NCBI GenBank assembly: GCA_963695335.1
Contig: OY968764.1
Location: 192,001 to 256,000, forward strand
From: an uncultured bacterium
GTDB lineage: Bacteria; Babelota; Babeliae; Babelales; Vermiphilaceae
Direction: 5' to 3'
DNA length: 64,000 nt
Shown: one piece after another, positions 10,644 to 19,620 of the stretch
How the letters are laid out: each line of letters starts with the position of its first letter
Numbering within the stretch: position 1 is the first letter of the stretch
Notes under the pieces: generated by a model
Database searches by the model: none
Told to the model about the DNA's origin: nothing
What the model saw: only the letters and a program-made list of their open reading frames with translations
Position numbers and translations under genes: made by a program

Positions 10644-11185
10644 ATAACACAGTTATTGATAGAAACATTTCGCAAAAATATGCAAAAGCCTTTATGGCTA
10701 TTTTCCCCAAAGCAATTACATTAGCTCATGTGGGAAAAATCAATGTTGCGCAAAAATTTCTGCAACACCACAAAGAAACTCTTCTCTTTTTACAGCTGCC
10801 ACGATTTAATCAAGAAACAAAAAAATCAATGGTCATGGATCTTATCAGTCATTTCCTTTTGCCAGAGCCATTATCAGCAATTATGCTTCTTTTGATTAAA
10901 CACGATCGCGCTTTTTATATTCCTGATGTTCTTCTGTGCATCAATCAACTCTATAAAAAACAAACTAATAGCATGGTGTTTTCTTTAAAAAGTGCTCATT
11001 CATTAAATGAAAAACAGATAGAAGTGATTAAACAATTTCTTGGAACATTAGTTCATAAAAATATTATACCGCAACCATCTTTAGATACATCTCTCATTGC
11101 TGGTCTTCGTTTGCAAAGTAGTGAATATCTATGGGAATATTCAATACGCAAACATCTTCAAACCCTGCATGAGTTAGAAAAATAG
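10640..11185 (+). CDS. atpH: F1 subunit delta
   Basis: KYAKAF, SAHSL, DTSLIAGL, EYSIR (OSCP-like). Confidence 0.85.
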   Translation: MNNTVIDRNISQKYAKAFMAIFPKAITLAHVGKINVAQKFLQHHKETLLFLQLPRFNQETKKSMVMDLISHFLLPEPLSAIMLLLIKHDRAFYIPDVLLCINQLYKKQTNSMVFSLKSAHSLNEKQIEVIKQFLGTLVHKNIIPQPSLDTSLIAGLRLQSSEYLWEYSIRKHLQTLHELEK

Positions 11186-11199
11186 AAGGCGAAAATCAG

Positions 11200-12699
11200 A
11201 TGAAAAATACAGATCTTATATCACTTTTTGAACGGTCACTCCGCAATTTACCCGAAGAACAGTTGCAAGAAATAGGTACTGTAATCCGTGTTGGTGATAA
11301 TATTTGCACCGTGTATGGATTATCACATGTTATGATGGGTGAACTTATCACGTTTGAAGGTGGCAACAGCGGCATCGTATTCCAGCTCAATGAAAATTCT
11401 GTTGCTGTGTTTTTAATTGATAGAACTATTCCTGTAGCAGAACTTGAAACCGCAAAACGTACACATGCTGTATTTAAAACTCCTGTTGGCATGAACCTTA
11501 TTGGGCGTGTTATCAGTGCTGATGGATTACCGCGCGATGGAGCTGGCGATCTTAACGTTACAGAATTCCGTCCCATAGAAACGGATATTCCCGGCATTAT
11601 GGAAAGATCTCCCGTTAATGAATCATTAGAAACAGGAATTTTAGCAGTTGATGTTCTTGTTCCTATTGGAAAAGGACAACGCGAACTCATTGTGGGTAAT
11701 AGAAATACCGGTAAATCATCAATGGTGATTGATGCTATATTGCATCAAAAAGGGAAAAATGTTATCTGTATTTATGTTTCCATTGGCCAACGTCAAGCAA
11801 ATTTAGCACGTCTTGTTTCATTATTAGAAAAAAATGGTGCGCTTGAATATTCTGTTATTGTCAGTGCTGATTCGGGCGATGCAGTTCTGAATCAATATCT
11901 TGCTCCCTATGTTGGTTGCACCATCGCTGAATATTTCCGCGACCAAAGCAAAGATGTTCTTATTGTATACGATGATTTAAGTAATCATGCCGTTGCATTC
12001 CGTGAAATGTCATTACTATTGCGCCGAGCACCGGGCAGAGAAGCGTATCCAGGAGATGTGTTTTATCTCCATTCACGTCTTCTTGAACGTGCAGGAAAAC
12101 TTGCAAAAGGTGGATCTATAACAGCACTACCAATTGTACAAATTCAAGGTGATGATATTACCGCATACATTCCAACTAATCTTATTTCTATCACTGATGG
12201 GCAAATATTTTTAGATACAAAACTGTTCAACCAAGGAATTCGTCCAGCAGTTAATGCTGAACTCTCTGTCTCTCGCGTTGGTGGAGCAGCACAAACAAAA
12301 GCAGTCAAAAAAATGACACGCGCTTTGCGTTTGGAACTTGCACAATATCATGAACTGCTTGCATTTGCTCAATTTGGTGCAGAACTTGATGAAGTATCAC
12401 ATCGTCAGCTTGAACGTGGCAAACGTGCAGTTGAACTGCTCAAACAACCGCAATACGTCACATTCTCTTTTGTTGATCAAGCTCTCATGTTACTCTTTTT
12501 AAAAGAAGGCTTTTTAGATACCATTGCACTCAATCAAATTAACCATTTTGCACTCCAATGCGTCAGTTATATCAAATCAGTGTACCCAGATATTTATGAT
12601 ACAATCTTGAAAACACAGGATATCTCTGAAGATGTGCAAAAACAAATTCATACGATTGTTGCAGAATTTATTAAATTATTTATACCAGTTACAAATTAA
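11200..12699 (+). CDS. atpA: F1 ATP synthase subunit alpha
   Basis: PIGKGQRELI, GNRNTGKS, YDDLS, PGREAYPGDVFYLHSRLLERA, ISITDGQI. Confidence 0.98.
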   Translation: MKNTDLISLFERSLRNLPEEQLQEIGTVIRVGDNICTVYGLSHVMMGELITFEGGNSGIVFQLNENSVAVFLIDRTIPVAELETAKRTHAVFKTPVGMNLIGRVISADGLPRDGAGDLNVTEFRPIETDIPGIMERSPVNESLETGILAVDVLVPIGKGQRELIVGNRNTGKSSMVIDAILHQKGKNVICIYVSIGQRQANLARLVSLLEKNGALEYSVIVSADSGDAVLNQYLAPYVGCTIAEYFRDQSKDVLIVYDDLSNHAVAFREMSLLLRRAPGREAYPGDVFYLHSRLLERAGKLAKGGSITALPIVQIQGDDITAYIPTNLISITDGQIFLDTKLFNQGIRPAVNAELSVSRVGGAAQTKAVKKMTRALRLELAQYHELLAFAQFGAELDEVSHRQLERGKRAVELLKQPQYVTFSFVDQALMLLFLKEGFLDTIALNQINHFALQCVSYIKSVYPDIYDTILKTQDISEDVQKQIHTIVAEFIKLFIPVTN

Positions 12700-12825
12700 T
12701 TTCTGATGATTTTTTGCAAATTAGTGGTATAATAATATTATTGTGCGCCCCCTTCGTCAGGCTCAGGATAAACTCCGCTCAGTGAGCCACATGGCGCAAA
12801 GCAATTTGAAATATAAAAATATCAT

Positions 12826-12902
12826 GCGCCCGTAGCTCAGTCGGATAGAGCAACGGATTTCTAATCCGTAGGTCGTAGGTTCGAATCCTACCGGGCGTGC
12901 CA
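12826..12902 (+). tRNA. tRNA-Arg (anticodon TCT)
   Basis: GCGCCCG/CGGGCGT acceptor stem, TAGCTCAG D-arm, ACGGA-TTTCTAA-TCCGT anticodon arm, GGTTCGAATCC T-loop, encoded CCA. Confidence 0.97.
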
Positions 12903-12987
12903 GTCTCCGTTGCTACGCAACTTCGTCTGGCTGCGCCGCAAGAAATTAACTTGGCAACGACAAGAACTTTGATAGCAGAATAGGAGA

Positions 12988-13050
12988 CTGTCCGACGTAG
13001 CGTGAGTCCGAAGAAGCCGTAGGCGAAAACGGATCGAAGGCGTAGACGGA
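12988..13050 (-). repeat. Nested family C palindromic elements upstream of the GIY-YIG gene
   Basis: Reverse complement tccgtctacgcc..[tccgttttcgcctacggcttcttcggac]..gctacgtcggacag resembles the copies at 56644 and 57105. Confidence 0.6.
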
Positions 13051-13099
13051 CCAAGCCCGCAACCACCCAAGACCTCTTTATTATTTTTCTTATTAAATC

Positions 13100-13345
13100 A
13101 TGTTTTACTACGTCTACTTAATACAATCCATCGAACATCCTGACCTTCGATATGTTGGATATACCACAAACCTCAAAGAACGTTTATCTACTCATAATTC
13201 AGGCGGATCATTTCATACCAAAAAAAATCGTCCCTGGAAATTAATCATGTGTTCAGCATTTGAAAATATTGATTGTGCCAAACAATTTGAACAATATTTA
13301 AAATCACAATCTGGAAGAGCTTTCGCTAAAAAACGTTTTTGGTAA
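13100..13345 (+). CDS. Small GIY-YIG nuclease family protein
   Basis: YYVYLIQS...YVGYTTNLKERLSTHNSG...RPWKL...FEQYLKS. Confidence 0.92.
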   Translation: MFYYVYLIQSIEHPDLRYVGYTTNLKERLSTHNSGGSFHTKKNRPWKLIMCSAFENIDCAKQFEQYLKSQSGRAFAKKRFW

Positions 13346-13513
13346 TTTCATTCAATCTTTACAGCAAAATATAACTCTTTTTTCTTTTTGCTCTTCTGTG
13401 CTTACACGTGCAATGATGATCGCTTTCATCAACAAGTTCCTTTTGCTTTTATGTTAACTGTTTTTTGTTGAGGATAGTGTAACAAAAGAAAAATAGATTG
13501 CTATCGTATAAAA

Positions 13514-13552
13514 TAAAAAAGGGTCAGTTACAAATTATTGTAACTAACCCTT
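13514..13552. terminator. Probable intrinsic terminator
   Basis: aaaaagggtcagttacaa...ttgtaactaaccctt hairpin after a convergent gene. Confidence 0.55.
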
Positions 13553-13570
13553 AAATCTTTATTACTTATT

Positions 13571-14191
13571 TTAAATAATATCTTTTGTTTGCAATTGATC
13601 TATTTCTTTTCTCATTTCCCCTGCTACTAAATTAATCTTTTTAGTATTTTCTGGGCGTAAGAATCGATGCATGTATCTATGATAGAATGCACGATTCATA
13701 CAACGATGTTCTTCTAATGCTTCTATTTCCTCAACCATTTGTTGGTCAATAGGCAATACACGCTTAAACAACCGATCACTATCAAGAAATCGATCAACAT
13801 CTATAATTTCTTTGATGCGGCTAGCACCATAATGTCGTGCTGCATTTAATCCATGATCTTTTTCTTTTTCAGAATATTTCTGATACGCTGCGCGTCTTTC
13901 ATCAGTTGGCACACCGGATTTAGGATCATAATCAGGATAAGTCTTGTGTAATATGTTATGGCTTTCCTGTGTTTCTTCAATTATTTCATTAAAAGGACGT
14001 TCTAAACGTTCTCTTGCTTTCTTAAAAGCAGCTTGTTGATTACCACAAATTAATGTTGAAACCATCCAGTGTCTGTTGCTTTTACATTTTTCAAATTCTT
14101 GTCGTGTATATTCATACTGATCAACAGGTGACATTGAATTAATACCCGTGACGAATGAAAAGGAAAGTAAGGCTATAAACTTTATATTCAT
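13571..14191 (-). CDS. Secreted hypothetical protein (tandem paralog 1)
   Basis: Signal peptide + MSP; aligns with 14212..14868 (DQYE.TR.EF.KC, PFNEIIEE, GLN.ARHY.AS). Confidence 0.8.
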   Translation of the reverse strand: MNIKFIALLSFSFVTGINSMSPVDQYEYTRQEFEKCKSNRHWMVSTLICGNQQAAFKKARERLERPFNEIIEETQESHNILHKTYPDYDPKSGVPTDERRAAYQKYSEKEKDHGLNAARHYGASRIKEIIDVDRFLDSDRLFKRVLPIDQQMVEEIEALEEHRCMNRAFYHRYMHRFLRPENTKKINLVAGEMRKEIDQLQTKDII

Positions 14192-14211
14192 AAAAAACCC
14201 TTATTTAAATA

Positions 14212-14868
14212 CTATTTTTTTGTGCTCAATTGATAGATGTGTTGTTCTGCTTCTCCTATTGCCTGATTAATAATTATAGCATTACTTGGACGTAAAAGAA
14301 GATTAATATGATTCATTGTATAAAGCTTATTTTTAGATTGCATATCACGTTCATCAACTAATCGATCTCGTGTAATATAATAATTAGGTTCTTTCATTTC
14401 TTTTATTTTCTGCAAGATTTGCATTTCAATCGGTAGACGATCATCATTTTCCATATAGTCCGACATCAGCATTCCCATGGGCCTAGGATTATCCAACTGC
14501 ATCTTTCTTAAAATAATGCTTGCAATATAATGTCGTGCAGAATTTAATCCATAAGTTTCTTCTGTTTTTAGATATTTCTTACGAACTGGTGAAATAAGTA
14601 AATTTTCTTTATCACATTGATAAGCTATATCTGCTAATATTTTGTCACCATCTTTTGACTCTTCAATTATTTCATTAAATGGATGTGTAAGTTGATTTTT
14701 TGCTTTATTAAAAGCAGATATTTGATCATCACAACCAAACAATGAAGACCAAGAATCTCTGCATTTTATGAATTCTTTTCGTGTATTTTCATATTGATCA
14801 AAAGAAGACATTGAATTAATATCACAAACAAATAATAGGGAGAATAAGGCTACACATTTTACATTCAT
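14212..14868 (-). CDS. Secreted hypothetical protein (tandem paralog 2)
   Basis: Signal peptide + MSS; paralog of 13571..14191. Confidence 0.8.
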   Translation of the reverse strand: MNVKCVALFSLLFVCDINSMSSFDQYENTRKEFIKCRDSWSSLFGCDDQISAFNKAKNQLTHPFNEIIEESKDGDKILADIAYQCDKENLLISPVRKKYLKTEETYGLNSARHYIASIILRKMQLDNPRPMGMLMSDYMENDDRLPIEMQILQKIKEMKEPNYYITRDRLVDERDMQSKNKLYTMNHINLLLRPSNAIIINQAIGEAEQHIYQLSTKK

Positions 14869-14947
14869 AAAAATATCCTCTGTTTTTAAAGTTAAAATGG
14901 ACTTGAATCACTCATGTATTATAATTGTACCACAAATAGAAAATAAA

Positions 14948-16105
14948 TCAAAAGAGCCTTGTATTGAGCGTATCCAATGTTTTAGTCGCTTTAAACTCTT
15001 CAATACACCTACGTATCTCTTTAAATGGGCTATGCATCATAGGCAATGTAATCTTGCCTGCCTCAGCAATCAGCCGATGCCATGATTGTGGCTTATTTTT
15101 GCCAATGATTGTTCTAAGCTCCCGCAATGGCGCTGCTTCTAGGGCTCTTTTAAACCCCAACATCATCATCGCTTGTTTTGGTGTTATAGCAGGATTATCA
15201 AAGCTCAATTGTGCCAGAAAGGCTTTATCATCACTTATTTTAAGGTTCAACAACGGTGAACGGTTCCGTTCAAGCTCATCAATATAATGCAGCAATACCT
15301 TCTTTGCAATCGCAGGCTTAAAGAGCTTCTTAAAGGTGAGGTCCGCAGCTATGTTGAGTTTTTTAAAAAGCTGCTTGATTTTTGCACGTTTATTAAGACG
15401 CACTTCCATGCGCAAAAATTCTAGTTTATGCCTTTTTTGAAATGTCTTAAAAAGATGATGCTGCAATTCGTTATCTTTTTCAATTGCACGCTTGCTGCTC
15501 TGCTTTGCCTTTTCAAGGTCCTTAATTTTATCATAAAAAACAACTTCATACGCGTTGCAGTGCCATTTATAACTATGCCCTTCATTGCGATAATCAGTTT
15601 GATTGGTATCAACAGAAAAGCGTATATTCGCCTCTTTTATTTTGTTGATGTAATGATATGGTGTTGAACCATCAGTCAACGGAATATTTTTGGAATAATG
15701 GATTGCCATAACGGGTGCATGAGCAAGATCTTCTGCGGTTGCAACAACACCCATGGTTGCAAGTGTGGCAGCAAGCTTATCTGTTATTGCTTTAAAATCT
15801 TTATATTGCAGCTCATTAAAATTATTCCCATAAACAAGCTTGGGAAGCGATAATTCTATTTTCAGCAACGGCTCAACAATGCCTTGCATGTTTCTGCAGT
15901 ATGCCAACGTAAGATGTGGTTTATATATCCCGTTTAAGAGTTCCTTTTTGGTACCGTTTTGTTTGGAGATGATGGAGCGATAATGCAAGCGCGCTTCTTT
16001 ATTTTTGCTTGCTTGTAGTACCCAGTGAGCACTGGGTTTAAATTTATCAGGTTCACTGATTTGATACATCTCAGGTGTAAGCGATAAAACTATGGTGTCT
16101 ATCAT
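14948..16105 (-). CDS. Phage/plasmid replication initiator-like protein (gene II/X, Rep_trans-like)
   Basis: MIDTI start, ELSLPK..GNN, FYDK and LRMEVR motifs. Confidence 0.65.
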   Translation of the reverse strand: MIDTIVLSLTPEMYQISEPDKFKPSAHWVLQASKNKEARLHYRSIISKQNGTKKELLNGIYKPHLTLAYCRNMQGIVEPLLKIELSLPKLVYGNNFNELQYKDFKAITDKLAATLATMGVVATAEDLAHAPVMAIHYSKNIPLTDGSTPYHYINKIKEANIRFSVDTNQTDYRNEGHSYKWHCNAYEVVFYDKIKDLEKAKQSSKRAIEKDNELQHHLFKTFQKRHKLEFLRMEVRLNKRAKIKQLFKKLNIAADLTFKKLFKPAIAKKVLLHYIDELERNRSPLLNLKISDDKAFLAQLSFDNPAITPKQAMMMLGFKRALEAAPLRELRTIIGKNKPQSWHRLIAEAGKITLPMMHSPFKEIRRCIEEFKATKTLDTLNTRLF

Positions 16106-16406
16106 TATTGTATCTCATGATGAAGTGCATTTTGTTGCACCTAAAGATACGGGTAAATGCATTTAAATACAAGTCCCGCAAAGCGGTTCTTGATGAACAA
16201 CACATTACGGGACATTTGATGGTGCAAGGCTTCATGGGCCTGCCTTTACCTTTTCGAGTTGTGCGTTTTGTTTTTCTTGTTTTTGTCTTAGCGTTTTTCG
16301 GTAAACGAAAATCTACTTCAACAAGCAGCATGAAAAAGTTACTTACACGCGTTATTTCTTCAAAAGTCAGAACAGTAACATTATGAGTTCGACGTAATCG
16401 AGCCAT
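16071..16406 (-). CDS. Small basic hypothetical protein upstream of rep
   Basis: ORF co-oriented with and overlapping the rep start; no recognisable motif. Confidence 0.35.
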   Translation of the reverse strand: MARLRRTHNVTVLTFEEITRVSNFFMLLVEVDFRLPKNAKTKTRKTKRTTRKGKGRPMKPCTIKCPVMCCSSRTALRDLYLNAFTRIFRCNKMHFIMRYNNDRHHSFIAYT

Positions 16407-16652
16407 ACAATACTTTCGTATTAAAATTTAAAAACTTAAAAATATTTTAAGTATGATGGCGTAAAAATTACTGCAAAATTTGTTTTTTTGATGATGGGAT
16501 TAATTAAGACAGGAATTGTACGCCATGATACCCATGATCTGCATGAGATCATCATAATTTGTATCTATAATCGCGTACATGATATTCCTTTTTTAGAAAC
16601 GTTTTTATAACTATCGGGTGCAATAATAGCAATACATGAAAGATAATGCAAC

Positions 16653-16964
16653 TTATTTTTTAATAATTTCAGGACGATAAATACCTTTATCAACAATTTC
16701 CAATAAACGTAATGCTGAATGTGTCGGAACACGTTTACCCGCTTCCCAAGATTGCACGGTTTTTATACTAACATTGAGAACCAAAGCAAACATGCCTTGT
16801 GAATAATGATTTTTTTCTCGTATCTTTTTTATCTCTCTTGGTTTGTATTCAGCAGGTGGTTCAGGAATTTCTATATATTCTGAATAGAGATCAAGCTTAC
16901 CTTGTTTATGGGCAATAGCTTCTTTAAGTGCTGCCTTTAAATCCTTAGCAAATTTACTGCTCAT
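16653..16964 (-). CDS. HigA-like HTH (XRE) antitoxin
   Basis: IKKIRE..YSQGMFA.VLNVS.KTVQSWEAG.R.P; overlaps the toxin stop. Confidence 0.9.
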   Translation of the reverse strand: MSSKFAKDLKAALKEAIAHKQGKLDLYSEYIEIPEPPAEYKPREIKKIREKNHYSQGMFALVLNVSIKTVQSWEAGKRVPTHSALRLLEIVDKGIYRPEIIKK

Positions 16965-17308
16965 CGTGAATTCCTCCGTAATTCATTCACTAATTCTTTG
17001 AAGTCTTTTTTATCTTCAGCTGTTATATCTTCCTGTTGATTCTTTGCATAAATAAGGAGTAGATATATCTCATTTCTGCTTGTTACATCGTAATAGCATA
17101 CTCTAGATCCGCCACTTTTTCCGCGAGAAGCAGATTTTAATCGAACCTTACGTACTCCATTTGTTCCAGGAATTATATCACCCATCTCTGGATTTCTTGC
17201 AAGCTCTTCTTGAAAATCATCAAAATCTTCTTCCAAGATCTGTCTTTTCTTTAAAAGACTATTGAGGGCTCTGCTAAAATATTTGGTTCGATTTATCTTC
17301 CTTTTCAT
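16961..17308 (-). CDS. RelE/HigB-family toxin
   Basis: NPEMGDIIPGTNGVRKVR...GKSGGSRVCYY...LLLIYAKN. Start MKRKIN fits the upstream promoter. Confidence 0.9.
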   Translation of the reverse strand: MKRKINRTKYFSRALNSLLKKRQILEEDFDDFQEELARNPEMGDIIPGTNGVRKVRLKSASRGKSGGSRVCYYDVTSRNEIYLLLIYAKNQQEDITAEDKKDFKELVNELRRNSR

Positions 17309-17315
17309 ATCATAG

Positions 17316-17345
17316 ACTATACTACGCTGTGGCATACATTGTCAA
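17316..17345 (-). promoter_or_regulatory. Sigma70-like promoter for the TA operon
   Basis: Minus strand TTGACA-18 nt-TATAGT, ending 7 nt before the toxin ATG. Confidence 0.6.
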
Positions 17346-17364
17346 TATTACATCATCTTAAATA

Positions 17365-18342
17365 ACGTGAGTTCGATCTAAGAAAATTTTAAAAAAAAAT
17401 TCATTACGATATCCTTTTAAAAACAATCAAACTTAAAAAAGGGTATTGTAATGAATTTGACTACTATTTTCTACCATTGTGATGAATTTTGCAAATTTTT
17501 TGAAAAAGAGTTTCCAATCCGTGTTCTTTCTGATGGGAAAAATATTAGAAAAAGGAATGGATCTTTAAAGCTTAGTGAAACTATGACGATTGTCATTTAT
17601 TATCAGCAATCTGGCTATAAAACATTCAAGGATTATTACACAAAAAGTGATGAATTAAAATCAGCGTTCCCTGGTCTTACAAGCTATAATCGTTTTGTAG
17701 AATTACAACAAAAAATTACAATGCCTTTAGCTATTTTTACAAAATTATATGCGCTTGGAAAATGTGATGGCAATTCATACATTGACAGTTTTTCACTGTC
17801 TGTAAGTCATCAAAAAAGAATATCTTCTCATAAAACCTTTAAAGGATTAGCCGCTCGAGGAAAAACAAGTGTGGGTTGGTTTTACGGATTCAAAGTTCAT
17901 GTAATTATCAATGGTTGGGGAGAAATTATTGATTTTTGTATCACCTCAGGAAATGTTGTTGATAATAATACAAAAGTTATTGAAAAAATAACTGAAAAAA
18001 TTCATGGAAAAGTTTATGGAGATAAAGGCTATTTGCTTAATTCAGAACTGTTTCAAAAGCTTTACTCTAAAGGCATTCATATTGTTACAAAAATTCGAAA
18101 TAATATGAAAAATAAGCTTATGGATGTTAAAGATAAAATCATGTTAAAAAAACGTGGAATCATTGAGTCTGTTGGAGCAATTCTTAAGGAGGATCTTAAT
18201 ATTGAACATTCACGATATCGTAGTCCAAGATCATTGATTATAAATGTATTTGCAGCTTTAGCTTCTTACGGATTTCGAAAAAAAAAGCCATCAATATACA
18301 AAAAAAGCTTTTTTCTATTGACGGCTTAGATCGAACTCACGT
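17365..18342 (+). mobile_element. IS982-family insertion sequence
   Basis: Perfect 18-bp terminal IR ACGTGAGTTCGATCTAAG (17365-17382 / 18325-18342); TAAATA direct repeat on both flanks. Confidence 0.93.
17451..18329 (+). CDS. IS982-family DDE transposase
   Basis: SYNRFVEL, IDS, GKTSVGWFYGFKVH, GDKGY, KRGIIES, IEHSRYRS. Confidence 0.95.
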   Translation: MNLTTIFYHCDEFCKFFEKEFPIRVLSDGKNIRKRNGSLKLSETMTIVIYYQQSGYKTFKDYYTKSDELKSAFPGLTSYNRFVELQQKITMPLAIFTKLYALGKCDGNSYIDSFSLSVSHQKRISSHKTFKGLAARGKTSVGWFYGFKVHVIINGWGEIIDFCITSGNVVDNNTKVIEKITEKIHGKVYGDKGYLLNSELFQKLYSKGIHIVTKIRNNMKNKLMDVKDKIMLKKRGIIESVGAILKEDLNIEHSRYRSPRSLIINVFAALASYGFRKKKPSIYKKSFFLLTA

Positions 18343-18399
18343 TAAATATTAAAACATTATGATAATTCGCGACATTCGCGACATTCACGACACATTCGC

Positions 18400-18560
18400 G
18401 ACATTTTAGTAAATTTCCGGCTTGATCTTAAATGATGAATACACCGTCTGGATGAAGGTTAAACTTATGGTTATATCAACTTTATCGGTCCTGAACATAT
18501 CAGGTAAGTGGTGCCATACTACGCTCCTCCTCCCGGAGGACTTTTTTTTTACAAAAAAGC
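18400..18560. repeat. Direct repeat copy 1 (att-like tail plus terminator)
   Basis: Aligns with 19459..19620, e.g. identical taaatgatgaatacaccgtctggat and ctcctcc...ggaggacttttttttt. Confidence 0.85.
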
Positions 18561-18703
18561 AAGGCTACGTATGGCGCGGCCAGTTCTTTTAAAGGTTTGA
18601 TATAAATTATAAAAAAGGCCTCAGCATTGCTGGGGCTTTTTTAATTACCAAAATACGGTAAAGTATATTCTATACAAACCAATTCAATACTAAGGTAATC
18701 ATT

Positions 18704-19033
18704 ATGGAAACACATCCACTCGATCAAAATACAATAGAAGAAATTGCTCGACGACTTGTCAAAACTTATAATCCTCGTGAAATTTATTTATTAGAACCAG
18801 AAGGAAGAGATACTATTGATATTGGTATCTTGGTAATTGTAGATGATAGTATGGCTGGACTTCAACAACGATACGCTCTTATGGCAGAGGGACACAAAGC
18901 TCTTATTGGTGTTAAAATTGCCAAAAATATTTTAGTTTATACCAAAGAAGAATTTGATGAATATTCTCAAGATCCATCAACATTAAGCTACTCAATTAAA
19001 AAATATGGAAAACGAATTTATGCACGGGCATAA
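18704..19033 (+). CDS. Minimal nucleotidyltransferase (MNT)-like protein, degenerate motif
   Basis: IEEIARRLV..YNPREIYL...DIGILVIV...ILVYT.EEF...IKKYGKRIY; overlaps a HEPN gene. Confidence 0.75.
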   Translation: METHPLDQNTIEEIARRLVKTYNPREIYLLEPEGRDTIDIGILVIVDDSMAGLQQRYALMAEGHKALIGVKIAKNILVYTKEEFDEYSQDPSTLSYSIKKYGKRIYARA

Positions 19034-19400
19034 ACATTGGCTTTTAATAGCCCAAGAGGATTTAGCCTCTGCTAAGCTTCTTTCTAATGAGCCTTTTATG
19101 ACCGCTCTTTTTCATATTCAACAATGTGCAGAAAAAGCATTAAAGGCCTACATGGTATCCAAAAAAAATTCTTTTATCAGAACTCATGACTTAAATCGAT
19201 TAGTAGACATATGTATGGAAATAAATGCAGATTTTGAAACTATTCGTTTTTTTGCTGCTGTCCTCACTCCATATGAAACAGCTGGAAGATATCCAACTAC
19301 TGACTTTGTAAGATTAAGCATAAAAGAAATCGAAATACTAATTGCGCAATCTGAATTTGTATTCAACTTTGTTATGCAACGAATTAATAAAATAGCTTAA
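19020..19400 (+). CDS. HEPN domain protein
   Basis: WL..AQEDL.SA, FHIQQCAEKALKA, THDL, RYP. Confidence 0.88.
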   Translation: MHGHKHWLLIAQEDLASAKLLSNEPFMTALFHIQQCAEKALKAYMVSKKNSFIRTHDLNRLVDICMEINADFETIRFFAAVLTPYETAGRYPTTDFVRLSIKEIEILIAQSEFVFNFVMQRINKIA

Positions 19401-19458
19401 TAAAATTACTTAAACATTACCGCATTCTGCTCACTAAAAAGTATCGCGACAGAATCAT

Positions 19459-19620
19459 GACATTTTAGTAAATTTCTAGCTTAATTCTAAATGATGAATA
19501 CACCGTCTGGATCATTGTTAAGCTTATTGCCACACTGACTTTATCATTCCTGAATATATGAGGTAGGTGATGCCAGTCTATGCTCCTCCTGTCGGAGGAC
19601 TTTTTTTTTACAAAAAAAAC
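19459..19620. repeat. Direct repeat copy 2 (att-like tail plus terminator)
   Basis: Aligns with 18400..18560. Confidence 0.85.

Larger units (their letters stand above)
12903..19575. mobile_element. Genomic island accreted at the tRNA-Arg 3' end (no integrase seen)
   Basis: Starts after the tRNA CCA. Carries GIY-YIG, Rep-like, TA and IS982 genes. (G/A)TGCCA core recurs at 18511-18516 and 19570-19575 at the end of conserved direct repeats. Confidence 0.65.

Noticed and set aside
12779..13070. Minus-strand ORFs of 95 and 60 aa
   Set aside because: Antisense to the tRNA and palindromic repeats; no protein motif.
18365..18405. Possible CRISPR array
   Set aside because: Units are only 9 bp with no spacers, and no cas genes are in the window.
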